Position numbers and translations under genes: made by a program. Of a DNA stretch of 64,000 nt, positions 27,236 to 37,853 are shown one piece after another (the first letter of the stretch is position 1; each line of letters starts with the position of its first letter). Below the pieces are notes generated by a model, which saw only the letters and a list, made by a program, of their open reading frames with translations, had not been told where the DNA came from and ran no database searches. This DNA comes from Terracidiphilus sp. GTDB lineage: Bacteria; Acidobacteriota; Terriglobia; Terriglobales; Acidobacteriaceae. Location of the stretch: assembly GCA_050014455.1 (NCBI GenBank), contig JBEKDH010000001.1, forward strand, positions 6,315-70,314, written 5' to 3'.

Positions 27236-29701
27236 TCAGTTGCTGAACAGAAGAACGCCGGCCGGCTTCTCGTCGGCAAGTGATTCGTCGGCGCTCACCG
27301 GGCGATAGAAGAGCTGGTTGGCATCGAGATAGACCTCAAGGAAGGCTGGACGCGCGGAGATGCTGCCGGCGATCAGGGCTTCCGACAGAGGATCTTCGAC
27401 GTAGCGCTGCAGCGCGCGGCGCAAAGGACGGGCGCCGTAGCTGCGGTCGACAAGTGTCTTGTCGAGAATCCACTTCTTGGCTTCCTCGGTGACGGAGATG
27501 GTGATGGCCTTCTGCGCCAGATTGGCGTTGAGCTGCTGGACCAGCAGTTCGACAATCTGAATCAGGTCGCCGTCCGACAAGGACTGGAACAGAATCACTT
27601 CGTCCAGGCGGTTGAGGAACTCGGGGTTGAAGGTCTTCTTTACCTCCTGCCTCACCAGCTCCTCGATCTTGTCGCTGACAAGGTCCTCGCGGTCGCTTTG
27701 GAAGCCGAGGCCCTGCTTCTTCTGCAGATGCCGCGCGCCGATGTTCGAGGTCATGATGAGGATGACGTTCTTGAAGTCGACGGTGTTGCCCAGACCGTCG
27801 GTCAACTGGCCGTCCTCAAACACCTGGAGCAGGATATTGAAGACATCCGGGTGCGCCTTCTCAATCTCGTCGAGCAGGACGACCGAGTAAGGAGAGCGCT
27901 TAACGCGCTCGGTCAATTGGCCGCCCTCTTCGTAGCCCACATAGCCTGGAGGCGACCCGATGAGCTTGGACACGGAGTGTTTTTCCATGAACTCCGACAT
28001 ATCGAAGCGGATGAGGGCCTTGTCGGAGCCGAAGAGGAAGTTGGCCAGGGTGCGGGCCATCTCCGTCTTGCCCACGCCGGTGGGGCCGAGGAAGAGGAAG
28101 CTGCCAATGGGCCGCGCGGGCGACTTGAGGCCGGCGCGGGAACGGCGGATGGCGCGAGCCAGCGCCCCGATGGCCTTGTCCTGCGAGATGACGCGCTTGT
28201 GCAGCTCTTCTTCAACGCGCAGCAGCTTCTGGGTCTCTTCTTCCTTGATGCTGGTCACCGGAACTCCGGTCCAGCGGCTGACCACGTCCTCAATGTCTTC
28301 GCGGCCGACAATGCCGGCGGCGGAGTCGTCGAGGTGATACTTGTCGCGCAGGGCGCGCAGGTTCTCGCGCTCCTTGCGCTCCTCGTCGGAGTAGAAGCGG
28401 GCCTTCTCGAACTCATGGTTGGCAATGGCCGAGTCCATGCGGTGGACAATGAACTTGATGCGCTTCTGGACCTCGGTGATCTCATCGGGCAGCGAGGTCT
28501 GGCGGAGCTTGACCCGCGCGCCGGCTTCGTCGATCAGGTCGATGGCCTTGTCGGGCAGGAAGCGGTCGGGGATATAGCGGTTGGAGTGAGAGACCGCGAA
28601 CTCCACGGCGGCATCGGTATAGCTGACGGCATGGAACTTCTCATAGCGGTCCTTGATGCCGTGGATGATCTTGATAGCGTCGGCCTCGTTGGGCGGAGGA
28701 ACCTTGACGGCCTGGAAGCGGCGCTCCAGCGAGCGGTCCTTCTCAATGGACTTGCGGTACTCGCCAGGCGTGGTGGCGCCAATGCACTGAATCTCGCCGC
28801 GGGAGAGCGCCGGCTTGAGGATGTTGGCCGCATCGAGCGAGCCCTCGGCCGAGCCCGCGCCCACCAGGGTGTGCAGCTCGTCGATAAAAACGATGGAGTT
28901 CTGGTTCTCCATCAGCTCCTTCATGATGGTCTTGAGCCGCTCCTCGAACTGCCCGCGGTATTTTGTTCCCGCCACAATGAGCGAAAGATCGAGGCCAAGA
29001 ACCTTCTTGTCGGCTAGAAAGCTGGGGACTTCGCCGTCCGCGATGCGCTGGGCAAGGCCTTCTACGATGGCCGTTTTGCCCACACCGGGTTCGCCAATAA
29101 GCACCGGATTGTTCTTGGTGCGGCGGCAAAGAATCTGTATCACGCGCTCCAGTTCGCCGTCGCGGCCTACCAGGGGATCGAGCTGGCCGTCCGAGGCAGC
29201 CTGGGTCAGGTCGCGGCTGAACTCGGCCAGCAGGCTGCTCTCGCGCTGGCGAGGCTGCGGCGCGACCTTCTCCTGAGTGACGCGAGCCAGATCGTCGCGA
29301 ATCTGCATCAGCTTCAGGCCGCGTTCCTGCAGAATCTCCGCGGCGAAGCACTTCTCTTCGCGCAGCAGGCCCAGCAGCAGGTGCTCGGTGCCGATGTGCT
29401 TGTGGCCCAGCCGCTCGGCTTCTTCCGCGGCATAGGCCAGCACCCGCTTGCATTCGTTGGAGAGCGGCAGGTCCACGCTGGTTGAAACCTTCTCGCGAAT
29501 GGTGGTGTGCGCCTCGATCTGCTTGCGGATCGACTCCACAGAGGCGTGCGAGCGCAGGAAGCGGGTGGTTAACGCTTTGTCCTCGCGCAGCAGGCCGAGC
29601 AGCAAGTGCTCGGTCTCGATATAGGGCGATCCGAACTGGCTGGCCTCATACCGCGCGAAGAAGATCACGCGCCGCGCCTTCTCCGTATAGCGTTCGAACA
29701 T
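27236..29701 (-). CDS. clpC: ATP-dependent Clp protease ATP-binding subunit (ClpC type)
   Basis: Clp N-domain [11 protein letters not shown]; two AAA modules ([16 protein letters not shown]); UVR-type middle coil; [10 protein letters not shown]. Confidence 0.95.
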   Translation of the reverse strand: MFERYTEKARRVIFFARYEASQFGSPYIETEHLLLGLLREDKALTTRFLRSHASVESIRKQIEAHTTIREKVSTSVDLPLSNECKRVLAYAAEEAERLGHKHIGTEHLLLGLLREEKCFAAEILQERGLKLMQIRDDLARVTQEKVAPQPRQRESSLLAEFSRDLTQAASDGQLDPLVGRDGELERVIQILCRRTKNNPVLIGEPGVGKTAIVEGLAQRIADGEVPSFLADKKVLGLDLSLIVAGTKYRGQFEERLKTIMKELMENQNSIVFIDELHTLVGAGSAEGSLDAANILKPALSRGEIQCIGATTPGEYRKSIEKDRSLERRFQAVKVPPPNEADAIKIIHGIKDRYEKFHAVSYTDAAVEFAVSHSNRYIPDRFLPDKAIDLIDEAGARVKLRQTSLPDEITEVQKRIKFIVHRMDSAIANHEFEKARFYSDEERKERENLRALRDKYHLDDSAAGIVGREDIEDVVSRWTGVPVTSIKEEETQKLLRVEEELHKRVISQDKAIGALARAIRRSRAGLKSPARPIGSFLFLGPTGVGKTEMARTLANFLFGSDKALIRFDMSEFMEKHSVSKLIGSPPGYVGYEEGGQLTERVKRSPYSVVLLDEIEKAHPDVFNILLQVFEDGQLTDGLGNTVDFKNVILIMTSNIGARHLQKKQGLGFQSDREDLVSDKIEELVRQEVKKTFNPEFLNRLDEVILFQSLSDGDLIQIVELLVQQLNANLAQKAITISVTEEAKKWILDKTLVDRSYGARPLRRALQRYVEDPLSEALIAGSISARPAFLEVYLDANQLFYRPVSADESLADEKPAGVLLFSN

Positions 29702-30022
29702 GATGTTCTCCCCCCGTGACTCGGGTCTGTTGCAGGCTATCGGCTGAAGTGGGCCTACCGTTCATCTCTCTGGCTTCAGCCCCACCCGCGCGTGCCATTG
29801 TATTCAGTTTCGCCGCCCCAGGGTTCCCAGGAGAATACAACTTTCGCCCCTCGGACAGCTCTTTCACTTGCGCCGGAACGAATTCCGCCTGATTCTCTCC
29901 GGCGTACGCGCTTCTCTGAGACTTCCAACCTGCCTTGGCAACCTGGAGGGAATCAAGACTCATCCCCACGCAAATTGCTTACTGATTAAGACTCAGAAAC
30001 TGCCGGAACGGTGCAGGATTCG

Positions 30023-30892
<870 letters not shown>

Positions 30893-31057
30893 CCGCTTGC
30901 CCCTATTCTACCTTGCTGGGTGTTGACCTCACACAAACGGGCCTGTGGGACGAGGGAATCGAAAGTACTTCAGAGCGTGGTTGCCGGGATGATCCGGATG
31001 GCCCCGCCTTCGCCTCGCCTGACCAACGCGGCAAAGACGGTTTATTCTAACCAAGCC

Positions 31058-33451
31058 ATGAAAAACTCTTTCGCTCTTCCTTTCCGGATGCTCTTTTGGC
31101 TCTTGTCGATCGCCTTTCTCGGCTGTCTTTCCGCCGCGGCCCAGACCCGCCCCGTTCCCAACACCCAACTGGCGTCGAATGAACTGAATGCCCGCGTCGA
31201 GGCGCTCTTGAAGAAGATGACGCTCGACGAAAAGGTCGGACAGCTCGCGCAGTATACGGTCGAATACGCCACCGGCCCGGGCTCGTCCAACCTTAATTAT
31301 GAGGAACTGGTGGCCAAGGGCCAGGTGGGCTCCATGCAGGGCGTGGTGGGCGCCGAGGCGACCAACCGCTTTCAGCGCATTGCCATGGAGAAGTCGCGGC
31401 TGCACATCCCCATCCTCTTCGCGCGCGACGTGATTCACGGACACCGCACCGTCTTCCCCGTGCCCTTGGCGCTGGCGGCAAGCTGGGATCCGGCGGCGGC
31501 TGAGACGGCAGCCCGCTTTGGCGCTGTCGAAGCCCGCGCCGATGGCCTCATCTGGGTCTTCTCGCCCATGGTCGATATTGCCCGCGATCCGCGCTGGGGA
31601 CGCATCGCCGAATCGGCCGGCGAAGACCCCTACCTGGGCTCGGCGATGGCCCGCGCCTGGGTCAAAGGCTACCAGCAGGACGATCTCGCCAAACCCGATT
31701 CGGTGGCCGTCAGCGTCAAGCACTTTGCCGCCTACGGCGCGCCAGTTGGAGGCCGCGACTACAACGCCGTCGATATGAGCGAGATTCTGCTGCGCCAGGT
31801 GTATCTGGAGCCTTATCGCGCCGCAGTCGAGGCCGGCGCGGCCACGCTGATGAGTTCCTTCAATACCATCAACGGCGTCCCGGCCAGCGCCAACCCCTTC
31901 ATCCTTACCCAGATTCTGCGCAAGGAGTGGGGCTTCGACGGCATGGTCGTCTCCGACTGGCAGGCCATCAACGAACTGCGCGATCACTCCATCGGCGCCG
32001 ACGACGCGACCGTAGCCCGCAAGGCCTTGGAGGCCGGAGTGGACATGGACATGGTGGGCGGCCTCTACGGAACCGTGATTGCGTCTCAGGTGCGCGAGGG
32101 CAAGATTCCCGAGAGCGTTGTCGATGAAGCAGTGCGCCGCATCCTGCGAGTCAAGTTCGCGCTCGGCCTCTTCGACCGCCCCTACACCGACGTCGGCCCG
32201 GCCTACGACGCTACGCCGGAGCGCCGCGCCGCGGCCCGCAAGGTGGCCGACGAGACCTTTGTGCTTCTGAAGAACGATCCCGTGGAAGGGGTCGGAACCC
32301 TGCTTCCGCTCAGCGCGAAGGCCAGGAAAGTGGCGCTTATCGGTCCCATGGCCGACAATCGGGGCGAGATGCTGGGCGCGTGGAACGTCACCGGCGACCC
32401 CAAGTTTGTTGTCACGCTGAAGACGGCGCTTGCGGAGCGGCTGGGCGACAAGCTGCTCTATGCTCTGGGCTGCGGCCTCCTCTCAGGCGAGGACGCGGTC
32501 GCGCTTCAGCGCATCGACGGTCAGCCGGCCGGCGCGTCTCTGCCCGTACCCGATGACGCCAGAACCATCGCGGAAGCGGTGGAGACGGCGAAGAAGGCCG
32601 ATGTGGCGATCCTGGCCCTCGGCGAGCCCACCGGCTGGATGGAGGGCGAGGCTGGCAGCCGCGCGACGCTGGGCTTTACCGGTGCGCAGGAACAGCTCCT
32701 TGAGGCCGTTGCGGCCACCGGCAAGCCGGTGATTCTGGTGGTGCTGGCCGGCCGCCCGCTGGAGCTGAAGTGGGCCGCCGCGCACATTCCCGCCATCCTA
32801 GAGGGCTGGAGCCCCGGCATCGAAGCCGGCCACGCACTGGCCGATGTGCTCTTCGGCGACGTGAACCCCTCGGGCAAATTGCCGGCCAGTTTTCCCCGGT
32901 CGGTGGGCCAGGAGCCCCTGTACTATGCCCAGCTTCCCACCGGGAGGCCGGCGCATGGCGACTTGAGCCACATGCCGTCGAATGGCCTTGAGAAGTACAT
33001 GTCGCGCTATGTGGATGAAGAGAATTCGCCGCTCTACCCCTTCGGCTGGGGGTTGAGCTACACGCGTTTCAGTTACTCACAGCCCACCGTCAGCAACCCC
33101 GTAGTTCCCTCGCGAATGCTGCTCGGTCGTGAAATGGGGAGCGGGTTTACGCCGGTTACCCTTGTCGGTGTGGACGTGAAGAACACCGGCAGCGTGGCCG
33201 GAACCGAGGTGGTTCAGCTCTACATCCGGAACACAGCGGCCAGCGTCAGCCAGCCGGTGCGCGAACTGAAAGGCTTTGCGCGCGTTACGCTGGCCCCCGG
33301 CGAGACGAAGCATGTGGAGTTTCCGCTGGGCTTCGGCGAACTGAGTTTCTATAACGCCGATATCCAGCGGACCGTGGAACCCACGACCTACACCATCTGG
33401 GTTGGCGGAAGCTCGCTGGCAACGGCCGAAACGAGCCTGAAGGTGGAGTAG
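31058..33451 (+). CDS. bglX: GH3 beta-glucosidase (BglX-like), secreted
   Basis: RDVIHG, RDPRWGR, VKHFAAYG, VVSDW nucleophile Asp, Fn3-like tail; start ATG 31058. Confidence 0.92.
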   Translation: MKNSFALPFRMLFWLLSIAFLGCLSAAAQTRPVPNTQLASNELNARVEALLKKMTLDEKVGQLAQYTVEYATGPGSSNLNYEELVAKGQVGSMQGVVGAEATNRFQRIAMEKSRLHIPILFARDVIHGHRTVFPVPLALAASWDPAAAETAARFGAVEARADGLIWVFSPMVDIARDPRWGRIAESAGEDPYLGSAMARAWVKGYQQDDLAKPDSVAVSVKHFAAYGAPVGGRDYNAVDMSEILLRQVYLEPYRAAVEAGAATLMSSFNTINGVPASANPFILTQILRKEWGFDGMVVSDWQAINELRDHSIGADDATVARKALEAGVDMDMVGGLYGTVIASQVREGKIPESVVDEAVRRILRVKFALGLFDRPYTDVGPAYDATPERRAAARKVADETFVLLKNDPVEGVGTLLPLSAKARKVALIGPMADNRGEMLGAWNVTGDPKFVVTLKTALAERLGDKLLYALGCGLLSGEDAVALQRIDGQPAGASLPVPDDARTIAEAVETAKKADVAILALGEPTGWMEGEAGSRATLGFTGAQEQLLEAVAATGKPVILVVLAGRPLELKWAAAHIPAILEGWSPGIEAGHALADVLFGDVNPSGKLPASFPRSVGQEPLYYAQLPTGRPAHGDLSHMPSNGLEKYMSRYVDEENSPLYPFGWGLSYTRFSYSQPTVSNPVVPSRMLLGREMGSGFTPVTLVGVDVKNTGSVAGTEVVQLYIRNTAASVSQPVRELKGFARVTLAPGETKHVEFPLGFGELSFYNADIQRTVEPTTYTIWVGGSSLATAETSLKVE

Positions 33452-33454
33452 TAA

Positions 33455-33503
33455 CAGGGGTCAGGGGTCAGGGGTCAGGGGTCAGGGATCAGCGGTCAGG
33501 GCC
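33455..33503 (+). repeat. Tandem heptamer array (CAGGGGT)4 plus 3 degenerate units
   Basis: Seen directly; inverted partner (CTGATCC/CTGATCT)n at 33587-33610. Confidence 0.85.
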
Positions 33504-33613
33504 CGGCCGGTGCGTAGGTGAAGAAAGTGATCGGCGTTTGGAGGCTGGGATTCCGCAATGCGCCCGCCCGAGGTCTCAGGATCGTGCTGATCCCTGATCT
33601 CTGATCTCTGTCT

Positions 33614-34036
33614 TTACGACGCCACCGCCAGAGCCTCCACGTGCGCCATCCGCACTGTGCCCTTGCGAGGACCGCGCTTGCGCGCGCTCATCACCTTGAT
33701 CCGCTCCAGCAGCTCTTGCGCCGTGCACTGCTTCTTCGACAACAGCGCGTCGGCCCTGTGCATCTCGCCGCCCATTCGCTGCGGATCGCCCATAAGAACC
33801 ATGGGAATATGCGGCGCAATCTGCTTCAGCCGGTCGACCATTTGATTGCCATTCATCTGCGGCATCGCATAGTCGGCCAAAACCAGATCTACCTGCATCT
33901 CGGAAAAGATGCCGATCGCCTCCTGCCCGCTCGAGGCTGAAACCACCCGGTACCCGTTAGTTGCCAGCATGAACTTGAGTACGGAAAGCTCCTGTTCATT
34001 ATCGTCTACACAGAGAATCACCTTCTTGGGCCGCAT
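33614..34036 (-). CDS. Response regulator receiver protein with basic RKRGPRK tail
   Basis: ILCVDDN, DLVLADYAMPQMNG phospho-Asp, LLSK. Confidence 0.9.
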   Translation of the reverse strand: MRPKKVILCVDDNEQELSVLKFMLATNGYRVVSASSGQEAIGIFSEMQVDLVLADYAMPQMNGNQMVDRLKQIAPHIPMVLMGDPQRMGGEMHRADALLSKKQCTAQELLERIKVMSARKRGPRKGTVRMAHVEALAVAS

Positions 34037-34522
34037 GATCTGGGGTTCGCTCCTTGCTTCTGTTTCCGTGGTTCGATCTTCGCTTCAATACTCTCGTTGG
34101 CCTGCCGGGCAACACTCCGCCCGCGCCCGCTCCTGCGGCGGGCTGCCGCAAATGATCTCCAAGGCCGCCGATCGCGGATGAGGCTGCCATTCTCTGGTCG
34201 ATCTTGCAGCCCGAACGGCTTTGCGTGCTGCCGGCAACCCAGCGGGAGCGGCATTCACGCAAAGCAGCATCGGGGCAATCGCTGCGCAGGAAGCTAACCA
34301 AGGTTCGCGATTGGTGTGTGACTAGGACCTGGGGTCAAGGCCGGCGCGGGAGCCGGTTAAGTTGGTTCAATGTTGCCCAAGAATACGAGGCTTGAAGGTT
34401 CTTGTGAAGAGAGAAAGGTAAGCGAAATCTAACCTGAAAATCCCCATGAAACAAACGAAAGTTGCATAGGCTTAACACAGCCCGTCACTTGCAATTGTGA
34501 ATGCCTGTTGAAAGCATGTGCA

Positions 34523-35425
34523 TCACGGCAGGAAAAGCCGTCCTTTTGCCACAAGAACGGTGCTGCCCGCCACCCGCACATCGGTAACCCGCGCCGATTG
34601 TCCCTGTGCAGGCCCGCCTTGGATCTGCGCGGAGAGATACAATTCGCTCGGCCGGCCGATCTCCACGCCTTGCCGCAAGGTGATGCGTTCGCCCGGCGCC
34701 GCCACACCCCGGCAAACCAGGTAGCCAATGGCGCACCCCGCCGCCGATCCCGTGGCCGGATCCTCGCCGCCGCTGAACTGCATGCGGGCTCGCCATGCGC
34801 TCTTCTCGCATTCGCATGGCCCCAGCACGTAAAACCAGCGCGCGCCGCGCTCCCGAAGCCACTGGGGAGCCTCCTGCCGGTTCACGTTGAGCCGCGCCAA
34901 GGCCTCCTGCGAGCGCAGTGGAACGATGGCGAAGGCGGTTCCGGTAGAAACAACCTGCGGCGGCAACCGCGGGTCCAGATCCACCCCGGTCAGGCCCGTC
35001 AGCCGGGCCACCTCCTTGGCGTTAAGCTCCGCGCCAAACTCCGGATCGCGCTGTGTCATCTCGCCGAACAAGCCCTCCCCTTCAAACCGTACCGGCACAG
35101 AGCCCACACTGAGCGCCAGCTTCACAACGCCCGAATGCATCGTCTCAGGCGCGAAGAGTTTGAGCACACTGGCCGTGCCCAGCGTCGGATGCCCGGCAAA
35201 GGGAAGCTCCTCCTGGGTGGTGAAGATGCGCACCCGCACGCCCTCGGCCTGCTCCGCCTCGGCCGGCCGCCGCTGAATAGACGTTGTTTCAGAGAGATTG
35301 AACTCCCGCGCAATCTCCTGCATCCGCTCGGCCGTCAGGTTCGCGGTGTTCATCACCACCGCCAGCGGATTGCCCGCCAGCGCGGTTTCCGTGAAAACAT
35401 CGACGACGAAATAATCCAGTTCCAT
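34523..35425 (-). CDS. PhzF-family isomerase/epimerase
   Basis: VDVF..GNPLAV, EFNLSETT, RIFTTQEELPFAGHPTLG, EDPATGSAAG; start ATG 35425. Confidence 0.92.
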   Translation of the reverse strand: MELDYFVVDVFTETALAGNPLAVVMNTANLTAERMQEIAREFNLSETTSIQRRPAEAEQAEGVRVRIFTTQEELPFAGHPTLGTASVLKLFAPETMHSGVVKLALSVGSVPVRFEGEGLFGEMTQRDPEFGAELNAKEVARLTGLTGVDLDPRLPPQVVSTGTAFAIVPLRSQEALARLNVNRQEAPQWLRERGARWFYVLGPCECEKSAWRARMQFSGGEDPATGSAAGCAIGYLVCRGVAAPGERITLRQGVEIGRPSELYLSAQIQGGPAQGQSARVTDVRVAGSTVLVAKGRLFLP

Positions 35426-35574
35426 GCGGTCAACTCCTCCCACGGCCGCCTTGGGAGAATTGTAAGGCCAATCGCGTCTTCTTCGGCCATCCGGCACACA
35501 GGGAGCCTCGATAATCCGGCTTTCCGCGCTTCCAATGGAACCCTTCAACGGCGCTTTTCGTAAAACTCAACAGC

Positions 35575-36930
35575 ATGGAACATCGCTACAGTTGGTCGTG
35601 GATTGAGGCGCAGGTTGCGCTTGCCGCTGAATCGTGGAATGGCTGCGCTGGGCGCCTCCTCCCAGCCGGTCCGCGCTCCAGCCTGGATGAGCAGCGCAAG
35701 CGTGAGCGAGCCTACGACCAGGCCCTGCGCGCCGTCGAGCGAGAGGCGCGCAGGGCGCCGCGCACCTCAACCGAGCGCCTGCTGGCGCAGCAGCGCATCG
35801 TCGACGCATTCCCGCGCTTTGCGGCCATTGCCCTCGATCTCGAGCCGCAGGCGGTAGAACTGCTCACAGGCAGCTTCTTGCCCGTGGGCTCCCAGCTTGC
35901 TCGGCAGGCGCGCGGCTTCGACCGGACCCTGAGCATGGACGATATCATCCAGGCTTGCCGCAATGCCTGGACCGCTTGCGGCTTGCAGGCGTTGCTCGGC
36001 CAGCCCATGGAGTTGACTCCACCCATCTTTGCCTACAGTCTTCTTTATCCCTACAGCGACAACTGTCTCGACGATCCAGAGCTATCCGGCGTGGAGAAGC
36101 TCCGCTTCAGCGATCGCTTCCGCCAGCGCCTGAGCGGCCTCGGGCCTTCCGCCTGCAATGCGCGCGAGGCGGCCGTGTGGGCCATGGTCCAAACGATCGA
36201 AGCGCAGTATCCGCGCCCCGCCTATCCGCAGGTGTACGATTGCCTCCTGGCCATCCACCGGGCCCAGGAGGAGAGTATGGCGCAACTGGGCAATGGCGGC
36301 CGCTGGGACAACTCGCCCGATCGCCATCTCGATGATTCCGAGCTGGAACGCATCAGTTGCGCCAAAGGCGGAACCTCCGTCCTTGCCAATGCCTGTCTGG
36401 TGCTGCCCTGGCTCTCGCCGGAAGAGAGCCAGTTCGCCATCGATTGGGGAGTCCTGCTACAGCTGGGCGACGATCTGCAAGACTTGCGCGAAGATCTGCG
36501 CCGCGGATCGGTTACGCTCTTCACCCGCGCCGCCGCTCATGGCGAGTTTCTCGACAGCCTCGTCCTGCAGTTGCTTAACTTCAGCCGGCATGTCGGAGAC
36601 TGCATGGACCGCCTGCCCAACGGCGCCGTAGTGCTCAAAGATCTGCTACGCATGAGCTGGAGATCGCTCATCCTCATGGCTGTAGCCAATGCCCGGCAGT
36701 TCTTTTCTCCCGCATTTCTCAGCGAACTGGAACCATCGTCTCCCTTCCGCTTCGATTTTCTGCGCGCGCGCAATGAGAAGCTGGCTGGCCGCCAGGCTCT
36801 CTATGCCGTCCTTTTCGACGCCTTCCTGGAGGCCGGTCCAGGCGGCCAGAGCGAACTTCCTTTGCCCCTGCTTGATGCCGATCGTCCCGCGGCGGCCGGA
36901 CTCTGCTCCTTGAGCAGCTCCTACGCCTGA
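35575..36930 (+). CDS. Hypothetical protein with class I isoprenoid synthase-like Asp-rich motifs
   Basis: LYPYSDNCLDD, CAKGGTSVL, LQLGDDLQDLREDL; all-helical appearance. Confidence 0.65.
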   Translation: MEHRYSWSWIEAQVALAAESWNGCAGRLLPAGPRSSLDEQRKRERAYDQALRAVEREARRAPRTSTERLLAQQRIVDAFPRFAAIALDLEPQAVELLTGSFLPVGSQLARQARGFDRTLSMDDIIQACRNAWTACGLQALLGQPMELTPPIFAYSLLYPYSDNCLDDPELSGVEKLRFSDRFRQRLSGLGPSACNAREAAVWAMVQTIEAQYPRPAYPQVYDCLLAIHRAQEESMAQLGNGGRWDNSPDRHLDDSELERISCAKGGTSVLANACLVLPWLSPEESQFAIDWGVLLQLGDDLQDLREDLRRGSVTLFTRAAAHGEFLDSLVLQLLNFSRHVGDCMDRLPNGAVVLKDLLRMSWRSLILMAVANARQFFSPAFLSELEPSSPFRFDFLRARNEKLAGRQALYAVLFDAFLEAGPGGQSELPLPLLDADRPAAAGLCSLSSSYA

Positions 36931-36961
36931 GGGAACAGGCCGGTAGCCTTGCAAATGCACC

Positions 36962-37050
36962 GTGCCCCATCCTTTCTGTCATCCTGAGCGAGCGAAGCGA
37001 GTCGAAGGACCTGCGGTTGATTCTGGCGAAAGCGTGGGAAACCTCCAACC
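36962..37050 (+). repeat. REP-like family A copy with nested 43-nt family D element
   Basis: GTGCCCCATCCTTTC-[TGTCATCCTGAGCGAGCGAAGCGAGTCGAAGGACCTGCGGTTG]-ATTCTGGCGAAAGCGTGGGA. Confidence 0.75.
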
Positions 37051-37176
37051 AGAATCCGCCCCGTTCGCCAGGAGCGCCAAAACAAAAGAGCCGCGCCCCC
37101 CAGGATGAGGCGTGGCCCTTTGTCTTGCCGCCAAACTGTCCAGCAGCCGATTCGTCCGGCCGGACGCGGCTTGACG

Positions 37177-37428
37177 TCAAATCTCGATCAGAGGCCGCGG
37201 CAAGCGCGTCTTCGAGCGGTCCAAAAACAGCCTCATGCGCAAGGCCTCCGAGCGCTGCACGGCCACCAGCCGCATCTGCCGGCGGATATGGTCTTCGTCT
37301 TCTAGCTGGCCCACCTGGGCCTCGTCCCGCTCGGCATCTCTCTCCAGCCGGGCGATCCGCTCCTCCACGGTGCGCTGAAACCGGGGACTGATTTCATAGC
37401 CTTCATTTGCGGCGCAGTTGGTGATCAT
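37177..37428 (-). CDS. Small coiled-coil hypothetical protein (83 aa)
   Basis: SD AGGAG before ATG 37428; charged helical sequence. Confidence 0.65.
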   Translation of the reverse strand: MITNCAANEGYEISPRFQRTVEERIARLERDAERDEAQVGQLEDEDHIRRQMRLVAVQRSEALRMRLFLDRSKTRLPRPLIEI

Positions 37429-37751
37429 GGCAGGCTCCTCCGGGCTGGGATTCATGAGGCTGAAAATAATTCTTGAGCGGCCTCAAGTTCTTTCCGCATG
37501 TGCCGATATTAGAGGAGACTAACCTTGAGCGCCAGATTACGGTCGGGCGAATCAAACGTAACCCGCTGTCCGAAAAAAGCACAGTCATACGCCGCGCAAG
37601 AGCCATTTGCACAGCGCTTCCCATTCCTGCTTCTGTGTTTTGTTCCTCTGCCGGCGTCTTTCACAGCGGCGCACTTCAAGAAGCCGGCCCGGTGTCAGGA
37701 AACGACTTCAGAGGCTGCGGAAAAGTCTTCTCTCGGGCTGCCAGAAGCGTC

Positions 37752-37812
37752 AGGGCACGACTTCAGTCGTGCCGCAAAGACGCCAGACTGAATGAGGGCT
37801 TTAGCCCCTGAG
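37752..37812 (+). repeat. Palindromic repeat family B copy
   Basis: AGGGCACGAC-TTCA-GTCGTGCCGC..GGGCTTTAGCCCCTGAG. Confidence 0.75.
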
Positions 37813-37853
37813 GGATTGCTGGTACGGAACTTGAATCAAAAGAGAGGCGCCCG

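Noticed and set aside
33455-33610. CRISPR array
   Set aside because: The repeats are contiguous 7-mers without unique spacers. No regularly spaced 23-47 nt repeats or cas genes were seen anywhere.
34218-34265. c-di-GMP-I riboswitch (ACGCAAAGCC resemblance)
   Set aside because: It lacks the upstream GGCAAAC/GNRA P2 module, and the motif is explained as one arm of a hairpin.
34523-35425. Phenazine biosynthesis cluster
   Set aside because: It is a lone PhzF-family gene with no phzA/B/D/E/G. Such orphans are widespread.
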